Shown in pieces: positions 21,858 to 35,279 of a stretch of DNA of 64,000 nt. A program made the translations under genes and the position numbers. The stretch comes from Rhodosorus marinus CCMP1338. Its lineage: Eukaryota; Plantae; Rhodophyta. The notes beneath the pieces are model-generated. The model saw only the letters and a program-made list of their open reading frames with translations, did not search any database and was not told the origin of the DNA. The DNA lies in the NCBI GenBank assembly GCA_029953675.1, contig JAMWBK010000006.1:310001-374000 (forward strand), given 5' to 3'. The number at the start of each line of letters is the position of its first letter. Position 1 is the first letter of the stretch.

Positions 21858-24800
21858 GGTTCTGATGGATCCCGCTCCCAATGAATCCTCAGATGACCAT
21901 AGTCAGCCTTCACAAGTCAAACACAAAAGCTGCCCGAGCCAACCAGAAACCACCCCTTCGCCTTCATTATCAACTCACATACACTCGGCCAGATTACCAG
22001 CGGCACCACGCACCAGCAGTACGGGAAAGGGATAAGACAGGGTTCCGCGACGCACTAACACGAATATTATGGAAATCTACCCAGCCATTCAAGCAGCTCC
22101 TCTACGTTGCTACTGGAGTAACACAACCAGACCAAACGCAAACCAGCCGAACCACATTGGATCTGGATACAATAGTTTTCGAAAGAAAATACATACACTA
22201 TCATTTATTTCCTTTAGTGAATATAAACAGGCATATATCAATCTTTATATTGAAAAAGATTGATTTGTAATACGTAGAGGAGGATCCCTTTCTCCCGAGG
22301 GGTTGCTCGTCAGCTTAGCTTTGTCAATGTGTTGGATCAGTAGGTCTGGCATGCTATGAACGTGAAATTAGAACTCTCTATTCTTTGTATTGTCTAGTGC
22401 TGGTAGACCGAATCTAGGGCCCCAAATCTGCTGAGTTTCTACCTGCATTCGTTATAGGATCTGCGTTCGCAACCCAAATGTCAGTTTCGTTTGTCAGTCG
22501 TGCTGAGTAGATCCTAGAGGCACAAGTTGTCAATGGTCAATGGTCGCCTCGGACCAAAACTTTGGTAAAGCAAACACCGGATAGCTTTTTTGCGTTTGAC
22601 CTTTGCACGGCCAACCATCCCAGCGAGCAACAGTCTTCAACAACGGAGGGACCGCATAAGGATACTAGCGAATATTTGAGAGCGTATCCTTCGATGAATG
22701 TTTGTCAGAGTATTTCTCGAACGTTATACAACCCTCCTACATGGCGCACGGGGCTTGAGCGCTCGCAAGTTGGTACTGAGGGAAAGATTCGGATTGATTC
22801 AGATGGTCAGACGGCAGGCTCGTTGGAAGAGGGCGCATAAGATAGGGCTCTCTAACAGCCGTTGGGGGGATTGAGTAGAGGAGCAGAGCATGGCTATCCA
22901 GTTGAATTCGAACATCAAGGATACGCAGACGAAGTAAGATGATTCTAATGAAGCGGCAAAGCGGGCTCACCAAACCGCAGAGCTCAGGGTCACCAATAGA
23001 CTCGCATATCCTTCATCTTTGCTCTGCGAGCGTTGAGAAAGTTCCAGACGCGTTAGTCAGTAGCTTTCCCACCACGAATGCTCTGGTCTAAGGCTGCGAA
23101 AACGCTATATCAGTCCTAGTTGTCGGGTCCACAAGGGAGCTCGTCAAATCCCTCGCAAATGACTATCCTGGACCACAACCCGGCCAACGGATTGGCAAAT
23201 TTCCAAAACGAGCATTAACCAGTCTGGTTGCGTACGGGCGCTTGTTCGCCAGCAACATGACTCTCAAAAAAATTCCCTGCCACACCGACTCTTACGCTTG
23301 AGGGTGGATACCAATGGAACCAGAAAAACAACATAGTCAAGCGACCAGTCCAAAGTTTCCAGAACCCACCAAAAGAACAAAATCAGTTTCAGGATGGCCG
23401 TTCTATGGTAACGATGGTATCCACGTCACGTTTACATGAACACAGCCCTAGTCGTTAACAACGACAGCCACGGAACAAACAAAAAAAAAAAAAAAAACCC
23501 ACTAATAATAGTAGTAGCCTATTTGCAGCCGTTGTCTCCACCGACCAGTCCTCATACCCCGCCTGAAATTGAGTTATTGTCCCTTACGGCAGTGGTCTCA
23601 ACCATCTCCGAACTACTTTCCCTCACTCGAAACTGCCTTCAAAATCATCGCTAACTGCATTCGAACAAAAAAAAGGAGAAAAACAAACAAACAAATAGAT
23701 ACAATCAGAGCCTTCAAATATAAACCAATACAATCCTGCATCATCCAATCCTATCTATTGTACTTAGTTCAAAAAAATTTGCTTCGGTGCCATAAGGGGA
23801 AGAAAAATTTCTAAAAACCAATTCATCCCGCCATGTTTCCGCCGTCTAAACCCGAAGTTGCGGCCAGAATTTCTTCAATCATCTTCATCAGCAATATAGA
23901 CTGCTTTTCTCTTTTTATAGGACCAGATGAGAAAAATATAAGGTAATATATAAATAAAACGATTATTCAATCATTATAGCCGAATCTTTCGTAAAGGGAG
24001 AACTTTTGGAACTTTCGCTCAGTTTGAAAAGTGCGGGATATTTGTATGAAAAGGGAGGTAGTCAATCAAGATATAGGTTTGGCGTGGGCGCCCCAAAAAT
24101 AAGTATTTTAATTTTTTTTCGTCAAGGTCCTCCACCGAGGGGTTGCCGTGTTCTGGGTGATTGGAAAAGAACTGTAAAAACATGTTCTATTCATTTTTCG
24201 GAGGTGATCGCATCGTGGCGCCTCGTTTTGCATCTCAAACTCTGAAGATATTCCCATAAAATATGAGACGGTAGGGTAGATGCACTTAAATCGGAGTAGG
24301 GAAGGAAAGGGGGGTAAATCTTCCATGTTAATTTACGGTATAAAATAGTGCATTATTACCTTCAGTATTCAATTAGAAAATATTATCAGACTCAAATACG
24401 CGCGAAATATCGTATACTGTTTACAAGCCAATAAACCCCCCCTCAATCAATTAACGATAAGAATCGCGAGAGAAAAATTAGGTTTCTGAATGACAAAGAG
24501 GTCTTGAATGGATTAACAAAAAGGTATTTTTTATTGATGAATTTAGTCTATTTTGATACGGATATAAGTATGATTGGTTACTCGAGATATCGCTTAAGTC
24601 CAGTGCGTTGTTCTTCGGACGATCAGTGATCGGGAATGAAGAAAGACAGTGTAAAATGTTTAATTTATAATGGTTTTTTGGTTTCGGGAGAGAGAAGGAA
24701 GCCAATCGATGTAATTCGGTGTTTTTGGATGGGGAAGGAGGGTTTTCTAGTGTTATTGGGGTTTGCTGTGAAACTGGTATAAATACATCCTTTTAGATGC

Positions 24801-24951
24801 ATAGCATGGGGTTGTGGGAACACAGAGCAAGCAACGGAATAAGTGTATAATGAGGAAAAGGTTTCGATAGGGAGGAGGTGCAGGAGATTTTACGCAGAAG
24901 TTCTTTGTTATTGTTGGGGGTTTAGTTATTATTCTAATTTGTTGAGGGAAG

Positions 24952-25302
24952 ATGTCGGCGATCGGATTTGTTGGATCTTTGAATGTTGGAGTTGGGAGCC
25001 AGACTAGTAGCTCCTTTGTTTGCTCGAACGGGGCTGCTGTGAGACCGGTGCCAGTGGCAAAGAATGAGCCTCGGTGGAGCATGGCTAAGGTTTCGAAGTT
25101 TGGAGTGTTCTCGCCTGCTGTCATCGCCACACGTGTTGTTGTTGGAGAGAAGCGGTTTAATAAGCTGCGAGGAAAGGGTATTGCTCTGCACTCCCAGGTC
25201 ATTGGTGACTTCTGCAAGTACATTGGTGCGGAGCCGAAGGTTCGTACTGGACTGATTGGCCTCGCGAAGAACAACGGAAACACTTTGGGATTCCTCTCAT
25301 AG
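24952..25302 (+). CDS. PGR5: Proton gradient regulation 5, plastid-targeted
   Basis: FSPAVIATRVVVGEKRFNKLRGKGIALHSQVIGDFCKYIGAEPKVRTGLIGLAKNNGNTLGFLS matches the PGR5 signature; transit peptide MSAIGFV. Confidence 0.95.
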   Translation: MSAIGFVGSLNVGVGSQTSSSFVCSNGAAVRPVPVAKNEPRWSMAKVSKFGVFSPAVIATRVVVGEKRFNKLRGKGIALHSQVIGDFCKYIGAEPKVRTGLIGLAKNNGNTLGFLS

Positions 25303-26050
25303 GATCATTCCAAGCAACGGAAAAAAATGACTTTTGTTTTTGAAGGATTGGAGCTATGGGTTAACCTTATTCCTGGATGTGGCGACCTAGTGTTTGCCAG
25401 TACGGATGTTTTGGTTATACTCCCAGAATTCGTAGGAAGGAAAGATTTGAAGAATTAATTGTGTACAGTAGTGTCGTAATGTAAAGACATCTTCTCATTA
25501 CCTGCAACATAAAGCTGAGAAATTTTTGGGAAAACAGTTGAAGTCTTGATGACGAGAACAAATAGATCAGAGAAATTCATCCATCTCATCAACCGCTGCT
25601 TAACGCTGAACTGTCAACTAGTACACAACCCGAATGAGTAATCTCCCCGTACGAGCGTCCATTCCGACGCAGGGATTGATTTGCTTAAAGTGTGACTGAA
25701 TTGAATTCAAGCACCACCTCATTATCGCTTGACAAGCCGCAGCTCGACAGCGGACAGTAGATTGTTGCAGAAAAAATTCACGTGTCTATTCCCCGGGATG
25801 AGGTACGAACGTCAAGCTGTAGCTCGAATTATTTGCAATACTTCTTGCGTGTTGCATTTTTCACGAGACTTCCACGGTCACAGCTGTTGACAACTTCGCA
25901 AAAGGTTCTTTCCTACGATGCGTTTGGCTCGTACCGGTTGGTACCAACCGTATCTTAGTAAAGCAGAAGTCCGCCGGCCGGAGCAGAGAAAACAAAAAAC
26001 TTTCTTCAAGTAAATAATTTAATATCCGATTTCTCGACTGGAAGCTAGCG

Positions 26051-29000
26051 TCAACTCCTTCGATTTCTAGATCTCAGCACCCTCCCTCTGCAAGAAACCC
26101 TTTCCAAGCCCTCGCCTACGCTTAGCTTGTTCTTCATCGGCTCGTTGCGTGTCCTCATGTAAACGGCGACATTTTCCTTCTGGTCCATCAGCGCTGTAGT
26201 ACTTCGGGCACGGGTTGACCGAAGCACAACCGCGCCATTTTCCTTGTCACTATACGAACCATCCTCGCTTTCCCCGTCTTCCTCATCGTCACCAAAAAGA
26301 ACCTGAGTACCGCAATGGATTTGAACAAAAAAACAAAACACAGCCCGCTGAGAGACTTACATTGACAAACGTGCAGAGCAAAGTTGAAAACACCTACTCT
26401 GGCTGACTGATCGTCCCGATGCTGAGTTCTCAGCTGCATGGCGAACTTCCTGATGAAGGTGATGGATTTTGCGTCCCCCATTGAGCCAATATATCCAACT
26501 GCCTTTGACGTCAATGACATGATGGATTCAAGCTCGGACAAGGTCCCAACCGTCTGCTTGAGCTTGATATTTCCAACGACTCGGCAGTACATGTGGAGGG
26601 CATCAGAATCTCCCATAGCCTCGCAAAGATCAATCACCTTGTTCAGAAGCCGAAGGATCATTCTGACAAGGAATCCAGTGAGCATCCACACAAATCAGTT
26701 CTGTTATCATAGACTCGTTGATGAGGTCCGGATGTATCAGTGAACCAATACCTTTCAGACTGAGAGTCACCTGAGTTCTCCGAGTCTACTGTTCGCTTCA
26801 GCGGTTTGTCGTTGACCTATGGCCGTAGCGAGCATCAAATTCAGTAGGCTGGTAGCGCAACTCTTAAGAGAATACTCAGAGATGATATGATACCGGTACA
26901 TACCTCCAGAAGATAGAACGTGTAGATTGACATTTCAACTGGGTCGACACTTGCAATAGGGCTCACGGATGGAGCAGAGGATATGGCGTTCAGCGTAAGA
27001 ATCAGGGCCTCTTCGAACAGCGATCTGTTCGTTTGAGAACGAGCAGCGAAGGCTGGGAAGAAGACGGACATGCTTTGCCGATGAAGGTCATCGTCTTCAG
27101 TTGCTGGGTTGAAGAAGAGAAGCAAGAGCTTGGAGAGAATCTCAGGCTCAGCTTCTATTCGCGAGCAGAACAAAAGTCTCGCCAGTCCTTCCGCTGCGAC
27201 GGTTCTCATTTCGCTGTCTGAGTGCAACAGATTATCCAGCAACAACGAAAGAATTAGCGCTTTTCCGGATGGATCTGTTGAGCCGTCGACGTTGTCCTCG
27301 GGATTATCTTGTTTCGACGATCTGTCCTCCATCTCAAAGGCCATGAGAAAATCTACCATACACTTCAAGGCCATGAGCCTAAGCTCTGCTGTGTCATTTC
27401 CACAGACCTGGACAGAGATAGCAGAAAGAACCGGTGAGAAGCCTTCGTCTCGAACATGCACTTCATTAAGAACAGGATCAGGTGAAGTCTTCATACTTGT
27501 ACGAAGAGGGGAAGAAACCGTAGAGCCTCATCGTCCTCCTTCTCTCGCAAGCAGAGTACTGAGAGGCACTGTAAAGCGGATGCACGGAGTACAGAATTCG
27601 AAGATGTGAAACCGTTGAGCACCGCCATTTGGATTTGTTGTCGATCTGAGAGATGTCCCTTCTGAGAAAGCAGTGCCTCCACTACCTCGAGGACTCTGAG
27701 ATTTGCTTCTGTCTGCTTAAGGATTTCTTCATCGGCCATGTTTTCTTCATCCTCGGGCTCTTCTTCGCTCAGCTCCACGCCCTCTATAACGCTTAACGTC
27801 ATGCGTTCCACGGTGTCAATCGAAGACGATCGACGTAAAACAGAAACCTGAATGCGAACCCACGGTTTGTAAGCTTTCTGATGCAAAATTGTGGGTATCA
27901 GTCCTTTTCCAGAGCAAACTTACAGCGCTACGCAGGCATTCGTTGCCGGCCTCAACCTTTGGAATCAAGTCTTCGAGTAGAAACCTCTGCAGTTCCTGTC
28001 GACCTACCTCGTCTGTCATATCGACGGATCCAGCGATATCAAGCAGCTGTTTCTGCATGAAGCTAGTATTCTCTGCTGCTTTCAGAGCTTCGACGTAGGT
28101 TAGTGTAGACGGAAAGAACGTTTCTGCGATAAATTCTGAAGATACTACGCAAGCGCGAAGCAGAACGGCTGTTTCTGCAGTGAGCTCTTTCGGGTTGATC
28201 TGCCCGACAGCACTCATCAGGAGTTCCTCAGATGTTGTAACGAGCAGCCTCGCTGCATCAATAGCTACTGTCGAGTAGATTTCTGGGTCAAGATAGCTGA
28301 TCATTCTTATCAAGTCTCCTTCACATGCGTCACGAAGCCATCCATCCCTCAGGAGAACCTCAAGACAGGTCTTTCGCACCATAGATGACCGATCATGCAG
28401 GCCTGCCTTCAGGATCTCAACTCTAGAAGCAATCGGAAGGGACTGCGGGTGCACTCGATTAGCAAGAATCCTAAGAGCAGTCTTTCTGACATCTTCTCTG
28501 CTGTCATGGCAGCGTCTGACGAATGCGGCAACCGAGTTCGTGGATATCAAGGTAAACGAAAGCGCAGCTTTCCTAACCGCGGGAGAAGAGTCGTAGGACA
28601 TCATGGAGACTAGCTGAGATGCTACCTCATCCTCAGCCTCTTCGGTCGGATTCTGAAGACGCCCAAGCCCACTTATCGTCGCCGCTCTTACAGTTGGGAC
28701 TTTGTCTTTCGCCCTTGACATGAGCTTTTCAACGAGAGGCTCCTGCGGGCCACATGGAAGATTTGAGAAGCGCGTTCAGCACGTCTTTCAGTTTCCATCA
28801 CCGGGATCGTATTCTTCGCGGCTAGGCGGGGGCAGTCCTCCAGAACGCGGTAGGAGAGAGAACTAACTAATCGGCTTGAACTTTTTGAAAGCCGTTCTGC
28901 TTACGTAAAGTTGCTCGTTGATCTCGGCGTCGTCCGGCAAGCAAGTAAGAACCGTTGATAGAAGTTGACAGGATCGAAACCGTACTGCCTTACTGGTTGC

Positions 29001-29437
29001 GGACGTTCTTTCAAGGAGGTACGCGATAAGCGCAGAGCAGAAATTCTCGAGGCCGCTTTGCCTCTCATCGGAGCTGGTGACTGTGGAATGACCTCCGGCA
29101 AATGTGGCGATGAGTTGTACTACTCTCTCCGCCGCCGCTGTCCTAGCATAGATCACCAGAACCCTGTTGACTGCTCGAATAAATTCCTTCCAAAAGATTT
29201 TGCGATCTTCTCAACCGAAAGTAAAATATGCAAACGCGGATTTTCATCAGCAAAAACAGTTCGAAGTATGCAATGAGGCGGGGAGAAAACTAATCCGCCA
29301 ACGAGCATCCTCGTAGGTTAACTCCTACCTCTTTCGAAGGCCACTGATAGTCGCTGCACTATACGTTTATGGGAGGCGAACGATCTCTGCCCATCCTGAA
29401 AGCAAGCGCGGACTTCCGTCGTCACAGCATCCGTCAT
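26051..29437 (-). CDS. CAPG: Condensin I HEAT subunit CAP-G (Ycg1), multi-exon
   Basis: N-terminus MTDAVTTEVRACFQDGQRSFASHKRIV; KAVRFRSCQLL; RAKDKVPTVRAATISGLGRLQ; DSSPAVRKAAL; RRCHDSREDVRK; GLHDRSSMVRK; AAEGLARLL; LLLLFFNP..LHRQSMSVFFPAFA (Cnd3 C-terminal motif). Confidence 0.9.
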
Positions 29438-30712
29438 TCCGCTGTCTAGTCCTCACACCTGTTCACCCTCGAACACTCCACGCTCAAACTCCAAAAGAAG
29501 AAGGACCGATACCTTCTTCAATCGATCAAGCCCCCAATGGATTCTTCGGTTTCTGTCTAGTACTTCTTCCATGCACAATCTGGAACTCATCCGAACTTCA
29601 ATCGTCATCTGCAGAGAAGCAATCCAAAAAAAAACGCCCGATGGGATGGGGGGCGCCTAACGCCGAATCCGCTCCAAAATAAAGCATTTCAAAGCACGGC
29701 AAGCTTTCCCATCAAACGATACCTTTTTCTGAGCGTTTTTAAACTTTTAAGTGGCGTTAATTTTAAAAAATGTTTAGGGCAACGGATTTCTAAAGTAGCG
29801 CAAAAACTCTTTTATTTGCACCAGGCCACCGTAACGATTCATATCTAGTCTTAAAGCTTTAAAATGGCATTTTTTTAGTTTCATTATTCATTATTTACGT
29901 GTTCGGCCATTTTTAGGATTAATCTGGTGGAATTTGGTTGAAATCTTAAGATCCTTTTTCGGACTTGTCTTGTCAACGCTCTCCGAGTTCGAGAGCGCTG
30001 GAGACCTCGGGGTATAGTTTGCCCGGTCTTTCATAGTTGGGCGGGGTGGGCAGGATCAACCCTGTTTCGGGTTAGCCACTGCACTCACGGCTCCTTGTTC
30101 CTTACAATTTGCAGAGGAGAGAACGCCAATGAATGTCCCTGTTCTGCATGGAACGCCGAGTTGTCTTTTTTATCACCAAGCCTCCGATGGAGGAGCTATC
30201 GACAGATGATTCCTGCGTCATAAGCTTTCAAGCTGCCACTTACCGTCCTGCGGTGCGAATAGGTGAAATTTTGGCGCAGGCAGAAGCTGTTGCAAGTTTG
30301 CTAGCTGCCTAAACCTCTGAGAAGAAATCGCTCGGGCTGTGTCATCTCACAGTGACGGTCCTGCGGAATCAGCAAGGGGGGAAGGACGCCTTCTATGTAC
30401 GTTGGAATACATCATCAGTGCTGAATCATCAGTGTGCAAGCGAAGGTTTTGGAAGCGCTGAAACGACCATCGTATGGTGCCCGTCAACGCTTGCTCCCCA
30501 TTCAATGTTCGAGTCGCGATCGCCCGGGACATTCCAATGCCGTTGTAACCCCAGAATACAGCTCAAGGAAAACGTAGGAACGAAGCTCAGGAGAACGAGT
30601 GTTTCGAATTTAGTCACAAAGTACATACTTTGCCGCATGACGACACACAGCAAAGTAGAATATTTAGTATAAGGTGCCCTTCCGAAGAGCATGGCCAAAA
30701 AAAAGTCTTTCC

Positions 30713-31841
30713 TCAATTCAATTCGGCCTTGCTGTCAAGGAACTTCGCAATGGTTTCGGTGTAGAAGTCCGGCTGGATCTTGTTCTCCGGCGACATAAGC
30801 TTTTCTTCAGTTGTCACTCCTGACAGCACAAGGAGGGAGGCGAGTCCATTGTTCTTTCCAAACAGAACGTCAGTGTCAAGCCTATCACCAACCATGCACA
30901 CTTCGTCACGGCTAACGTCGTACTTCTCAACGATGTAGTCGATCATCAATGGTGAGGGCTTTCCGACAACGGTTGGTTCCTGTCCAGTACATCCCTTGAT
31001 TGCACCAACCATGGAGCCGTTTCCTGCCCATTCCTGGGCATCAGTGAGATGGGTGACCGCGTCAGTGTTCGTTGCAATGAACTCGCATCCTTCGTTCTCG
31101 TTAATACAGAGCTGGGCAAACTGTGAAGTTGAAACAGCAAAGAAAACGGCACCTTGTCAGAAACGCATACAAAGGCACACGCTGCAACAAAGATTTTGTT
31201 CTTACCTGAATCTTGTAGTAGTTGATATTCCTGTCAAATCCAACCACAACAGCGCCGACGTCATGATCGTGCTCAAGGAATCCACCCTTCTTCATGTTGG
31301 GAGCCTTTCCTTTATCGGCTTCTCCACCAATGAAAGGAATGTCAACCAGTTTCAGCTCGTCCTCAATTCCGACTTCACCGATAACGTACACTTTCTTTCC
31401 AGTTTCCTTAAACTTGGTCTGCTCGAGATACGCAGCCGCTGCGAACGATGAGGAGAAGATTTCCTCCGGCTCTGCGTTGAGCCCTAGGCTTTCGAACTTC
31501 TTAGCATACTGAGCCCTGCTCTTTGTCGAGTTGTTGGTAACAAAGAAAAGACGCTTCCCGAGAGCTCTCAAATAGTCCAGCGTCTCCGGCACCCCTTCAA
31601 TAACGCTATCACCTCTCCAGATGACACCGTCGCAGTCAAAGATAAAGATATTCGTCTTATCCAACAAGTTCTGGGGCTCATCCAACTTCTTGACCTGCCC
31701 GACCTGAGTGCCCTGCGTGGCAGTCATCCTCAAACCTGCTCTTCTCACGCCTACAACAGACGCCCTCTGCTTCTGTGCACAGACTTGCCTCGTCAAACCC
31801 TTCGATATTCCAAACCCGCTCGAAACAAACCCAGCAACCAT
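30713..31841 (-). CDS. PGLP: Phosphoglycolate phosphatase (HAD class IIA), plastid-targeted, 1 intron
   Basis: FIFDCDGVIWRG, FVTNNSTKSR, VVVGFDRNINYYKIQ, FIATNTD, VGKPS, MVGDRLDTDVLFG, LLVLSGVT; transit peptide MVAGFVSS. Confidence 0.95.
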
Positions 31842-33045
31842 CCTCCTTACACCCTCGAAAAAATCAGAGAGAAAGTCTCCTCCTCAAATAAAAAAAGAAA
31901 GAAAGAAACGCAATAAGTTATATCCGAAACCCCACCCTTGACTACAAGCAACAAACCCTGCACACGACACTACCCACCCTCCCCTCCCCCGCCCACCACT
32001 CAGTGACCATATAGTCCCCTAGACCAGAAAGCTAACAGCCCAAAAGTCAGAGACCTCCATCTTCGTCCACAACATCCTAAAAACTGCCAATTTCATATTT
32101 TTCCCTTCTTTTTCCCTGGCCAAAACTATCCGAATGACCAATATTACACATCCGCACCAATGTCCACAACCACATCCAAAGGGCGACACTTATATAACTT
32201 TTATGCACATTGTAAATAGTACAATAATTACAATGCATTTTATAAATTCGAACATATTGTGTGGAATATTTAATAGTACTTATTTTTGTATTGTAGTTTA
32301 TCGTCACCTGACATGCGGTAAGGAATCCCCAGCCAGTAGATCGAGAGCACGTTTTAAACTATTTTCAATATATCAACACTCAATCAAAAATACTACATTC
32401 GATTCTTCACTGGTTATTATCATTTAATCAGTCAATATTTGCACGTGATTGGTTGTTGATTGGTTATAAGAATTTATATCAGTCAAAGTTTCTGCGGTTG
32501 GGATGGAAGTCCTCCTCCAAAATCTCCAATCAAAAATTTGGAAAACCCTATGGCGAATCATAAAATGCGAACAGCCTCCTATAGCGAATCAAATTATGCC
32601 ACAGTTTTTTCTGCGGACAACTGCGTTATTAATGGTTGGATGACAAGTGATATTTATGAGATTTTCTGGGAAGTCGTTGGTTGCTTTTTTTTGGATTTGG
32701 AGGAAAATTTTGAGGTATGGTGAATAATGGAATATCAGAAATTTTTTATTGGCCAAATTTTTGCTGGACTGTTTTGTCGATTTTTGGATTCGCTCAAATG
32801 CTTAATCGAGAGAAAACGCTTTCGTGTTGTTGATAAGCAAATCGATCAGTATTCTGACGTCTTTTGGTTAGGGGGAGGAGGGAAGGGTAGCATGGACTAG
32901 ACAACGTTTTGCACAACTTCACGCTAGTTCTTGAGGCAAGTTTCTGCGTCCAGCTTTAGATTAGCTCAGTGAGGTTCTGCCTGGCTCTCTGTCGTCAATC
33001 TCCGACCAGAGTTTGGTTAGTGTCCAATGAAGGGACAAGTCGAGA

Positions 33046-33490
33046 ATGCTGAGACGTTCTTTGGCTTTTCTCCTAGCAGCTTCAGTATTGCGGTGGTGCG
33101 ATGGATGTAAAGGTCCTTCGTCATCAGCTTATCTGCACTCAGAAGCTTGCTTGCCCCGGGCAAAGTCACGGCGAGTGCCTAAGATTGCGATCTGCTTAGC
33201 CGCTAATTTTGGGCGCTCGTATTGGAGGGTTTCTGATATGGATTCCGATCTGCTATTGTATTCAATCTGATCTGACTCGCACTTCGCTTGGACGATCTCA
33301 TATATTTACCAGTAACTGGCACGGTTTCAATTTTGGCACGATTGGCAGGATGGGACAGATACTCCCGATGTCACAGTTTGCTAATGTGTCATTTATGACA
33401 TGCAGCGGCTTTGAATCCGAGAAGACAGCATCTTGCAGGTTTGTTGCCTTACTTTTTACTGTTCATCGGGCTGATTCCTATACCTACTGA
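33046..33490 (+). CDS. Possible short secreted protein or gene relic
   Basis: Signal-peptide-like MLRRSLAFLLAASVLRWCDG followed by RRVPKIAICLAANFGR, with a possible splice into ORF 33209..33490. It runs into the stop of the convergent gene. Structure unresolved. Confidence 0.3.
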
Positions 33491-34427
33491 TGAGCGCCCG
33501 AAGGACAACAGAGTCAGGATTGTTCTTCTCGAGCGCAACGAAAAATTCAAGATCCTGAACGCAACGTTTTCGCCTGCCCATAATGTGAAGCAGAAGTCCT
33601 CGATCTCTTCGCTCGCCAGCGGTTGTGGGCGAGATTAGTACCAACCGATCCATAACACTGAGCGCCTCTTCGTTCTGATTGGCCTTCAAGTATGCAGTTT
33701 TCAGGTTGCGGAGCACTCTGATAACGATTTCCTTCTCATCTACCACGCGCAGCATATCCTCAGATAGGGCTACGGGTTGATCTGGAAAGTACTTATCCAG
33801 CATTCCCTGCAGATCTGACCTTCTCAGGAGCGCTTTCTCAGGTTGTGCGGGATCGATATAAATATGTGGGCTCCTCAAGCGGAGGAGAAAATGAGCAGGG
33901 AAGTTGATACCTTCGAGTCGCAGATCCGTTGCCCGATGACAGAGCTCTCGATAGATGGCGCAAAGCGAGATTGGGATGCCGATCCTCGTCCGCATTACTT
34001 CATCAATGAGAGAGTTGTCCGGATTGTAGAAGTCGTCATTGCCCGCTAGACGAAACCCGAGCTCATCGAAGAAGAACTGATTTACAACCCCCAACTGCCT
34101 AAACGGATCTCCGTTGTCCTTGCGAACCAGGGAAGAGAGTTCTCTACTCCACGCATCCATTTGATTCCTATGATAATCCAAGTCTATCCTCTTCTTCTCC
34201 CCATCAGAAATACACATCAGAGCCTCAAATAACTGCAAATCACCTTCTACAGCCACGACGGACTCATAGAACCGTTGCTTCTGCTCCATACCCAGCTCAT
34301 CATCAATACTGCTAGCAGCTACAACGAATTTACGCCTTCTACGTACAGATTTACACCTACTCACTTGCTGCTTTCTCCCAGAATTCACATCCCCGAAGCC
34401 TTGCAAAAAGCTTAGTGCTATCTCCAT
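33456..34427 (-). CDS. SirB1/YchA-like protein (transglutaminase-like core 2 + TPR), probably plastid-targeted
   Basis: FFFDELGF..GNDDFYNPDNSLIDEVMRTRIGIPISLCAIY, LEGINFPAHFLLR, VLRNLKTAY, ERRDRGLL match the SirB1 family; leader MEIALSFLQGFG. Intronless. Confidence 0.85.
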   Translation of the reverse strand: MEIALSFLQGFGDVNSGRKQQVSRCKSVRRRRKFVVAASSIDDELGMEQKQRFYESVVAVEGDLQLFEALMCISDGEKKRIDLDYHRNQMDAWSRELSSLVRKDNGDPFRQLGVVNQFFFDELGFRLAGNDDFYNPDNSLIDEVMRTRIGIPISLCAIYRELCHRATDLRLEGINFPAHFLLRLRSPHIYIDPAQPEKALLRRSDLQGMLDKYFPDQPVALSEDMLRVVDEKEIVIRVLRNLKTAYLKANQNEEALSVMDRLVLISPTTAGERRDRGLLLHIMGRRKRCVQDLEFFVALEKNNPDSVVLRALISRYRNQPDEQ

Positions 34428-35279
34428 CTTTCCTAAAACTCCCTTCCTGCCCACAACACAGCTTCAAAGCCCAAATAATACTTGTCAATATGACTGTTTA
34501 ACAGTCTTCATAGATTATCGGCTGACTCTTAGAGTGCACCCCGAGCCGCACCGCACCCTTCAGCGCCACCTAAACGCCATTGCCGAGTCGTCCTCGATGT
34601 CCAGTGTAAGTACCCTCTTTTCCAACTTGAAAAGTTTGAGAAGAGTTGCTTTCCTCATGAGCAGCTCTGTAGAATTACTCTCAGAACGGTCGTGTGGACA
34701 TAGTGAAATGTTTCCACGAAACCAGACTCCCGGAAAGCGAGCTCGTGCATCGTCGTGCTTCATATCTTCAATCCCGACTGGTCAGCGAGCAAGGGGTAAG
34801 ACTGAGATTCGTTATCACAACCGGCTGTCAATAGAGGCTGTCCCTATGTGCTTAGCAATCGCACTATGGAGGATTGAAATGCTTGGTATAGCTCATGACA
34901 AACCAAGGACAGGACAAAAGTTGGTTTTAGTTCTGCGCAGTCCAACTATCAGGAAGACTTTGTCACGAGCTGTTCGACAAGCGAGAAGCGGACTTGATCT
35001 GTTGAAGGTTTTCAGACCATCGGATTCCGACCTGAGTGGGTACCAGGAGTTGATCTTGACTCTAACACAGTCGATCTTGTCCGTGAGGCATCACCGCATC
35101 GTCAGCAAGGGAACTTGTTCTTGTTGAATGAATGGCTCCAGGCTACATATGCATGAGCTGATCACTGACCAGTTCGAAATAGAGGTCACGTTCGCTGTAC
35201 TGAATGCACAATTTGGCTAGAGCTCAGCTAAGATGTTGGAGTTTTTGAGGACGAAAGTGATTCTCTTTCAAATATTTTC

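Noticed and set aside
29990-30700. Splice-like signals and short ORFs downstream of PGLP
   Set aside because: No frame-consistent gene model or recognisable domain.
34534-35127. 197-aa + ORF and overlapping 67-aa minus ORF
   Set aside because: No motifs, atypical starts and no convincing exon chain; left uncalled.
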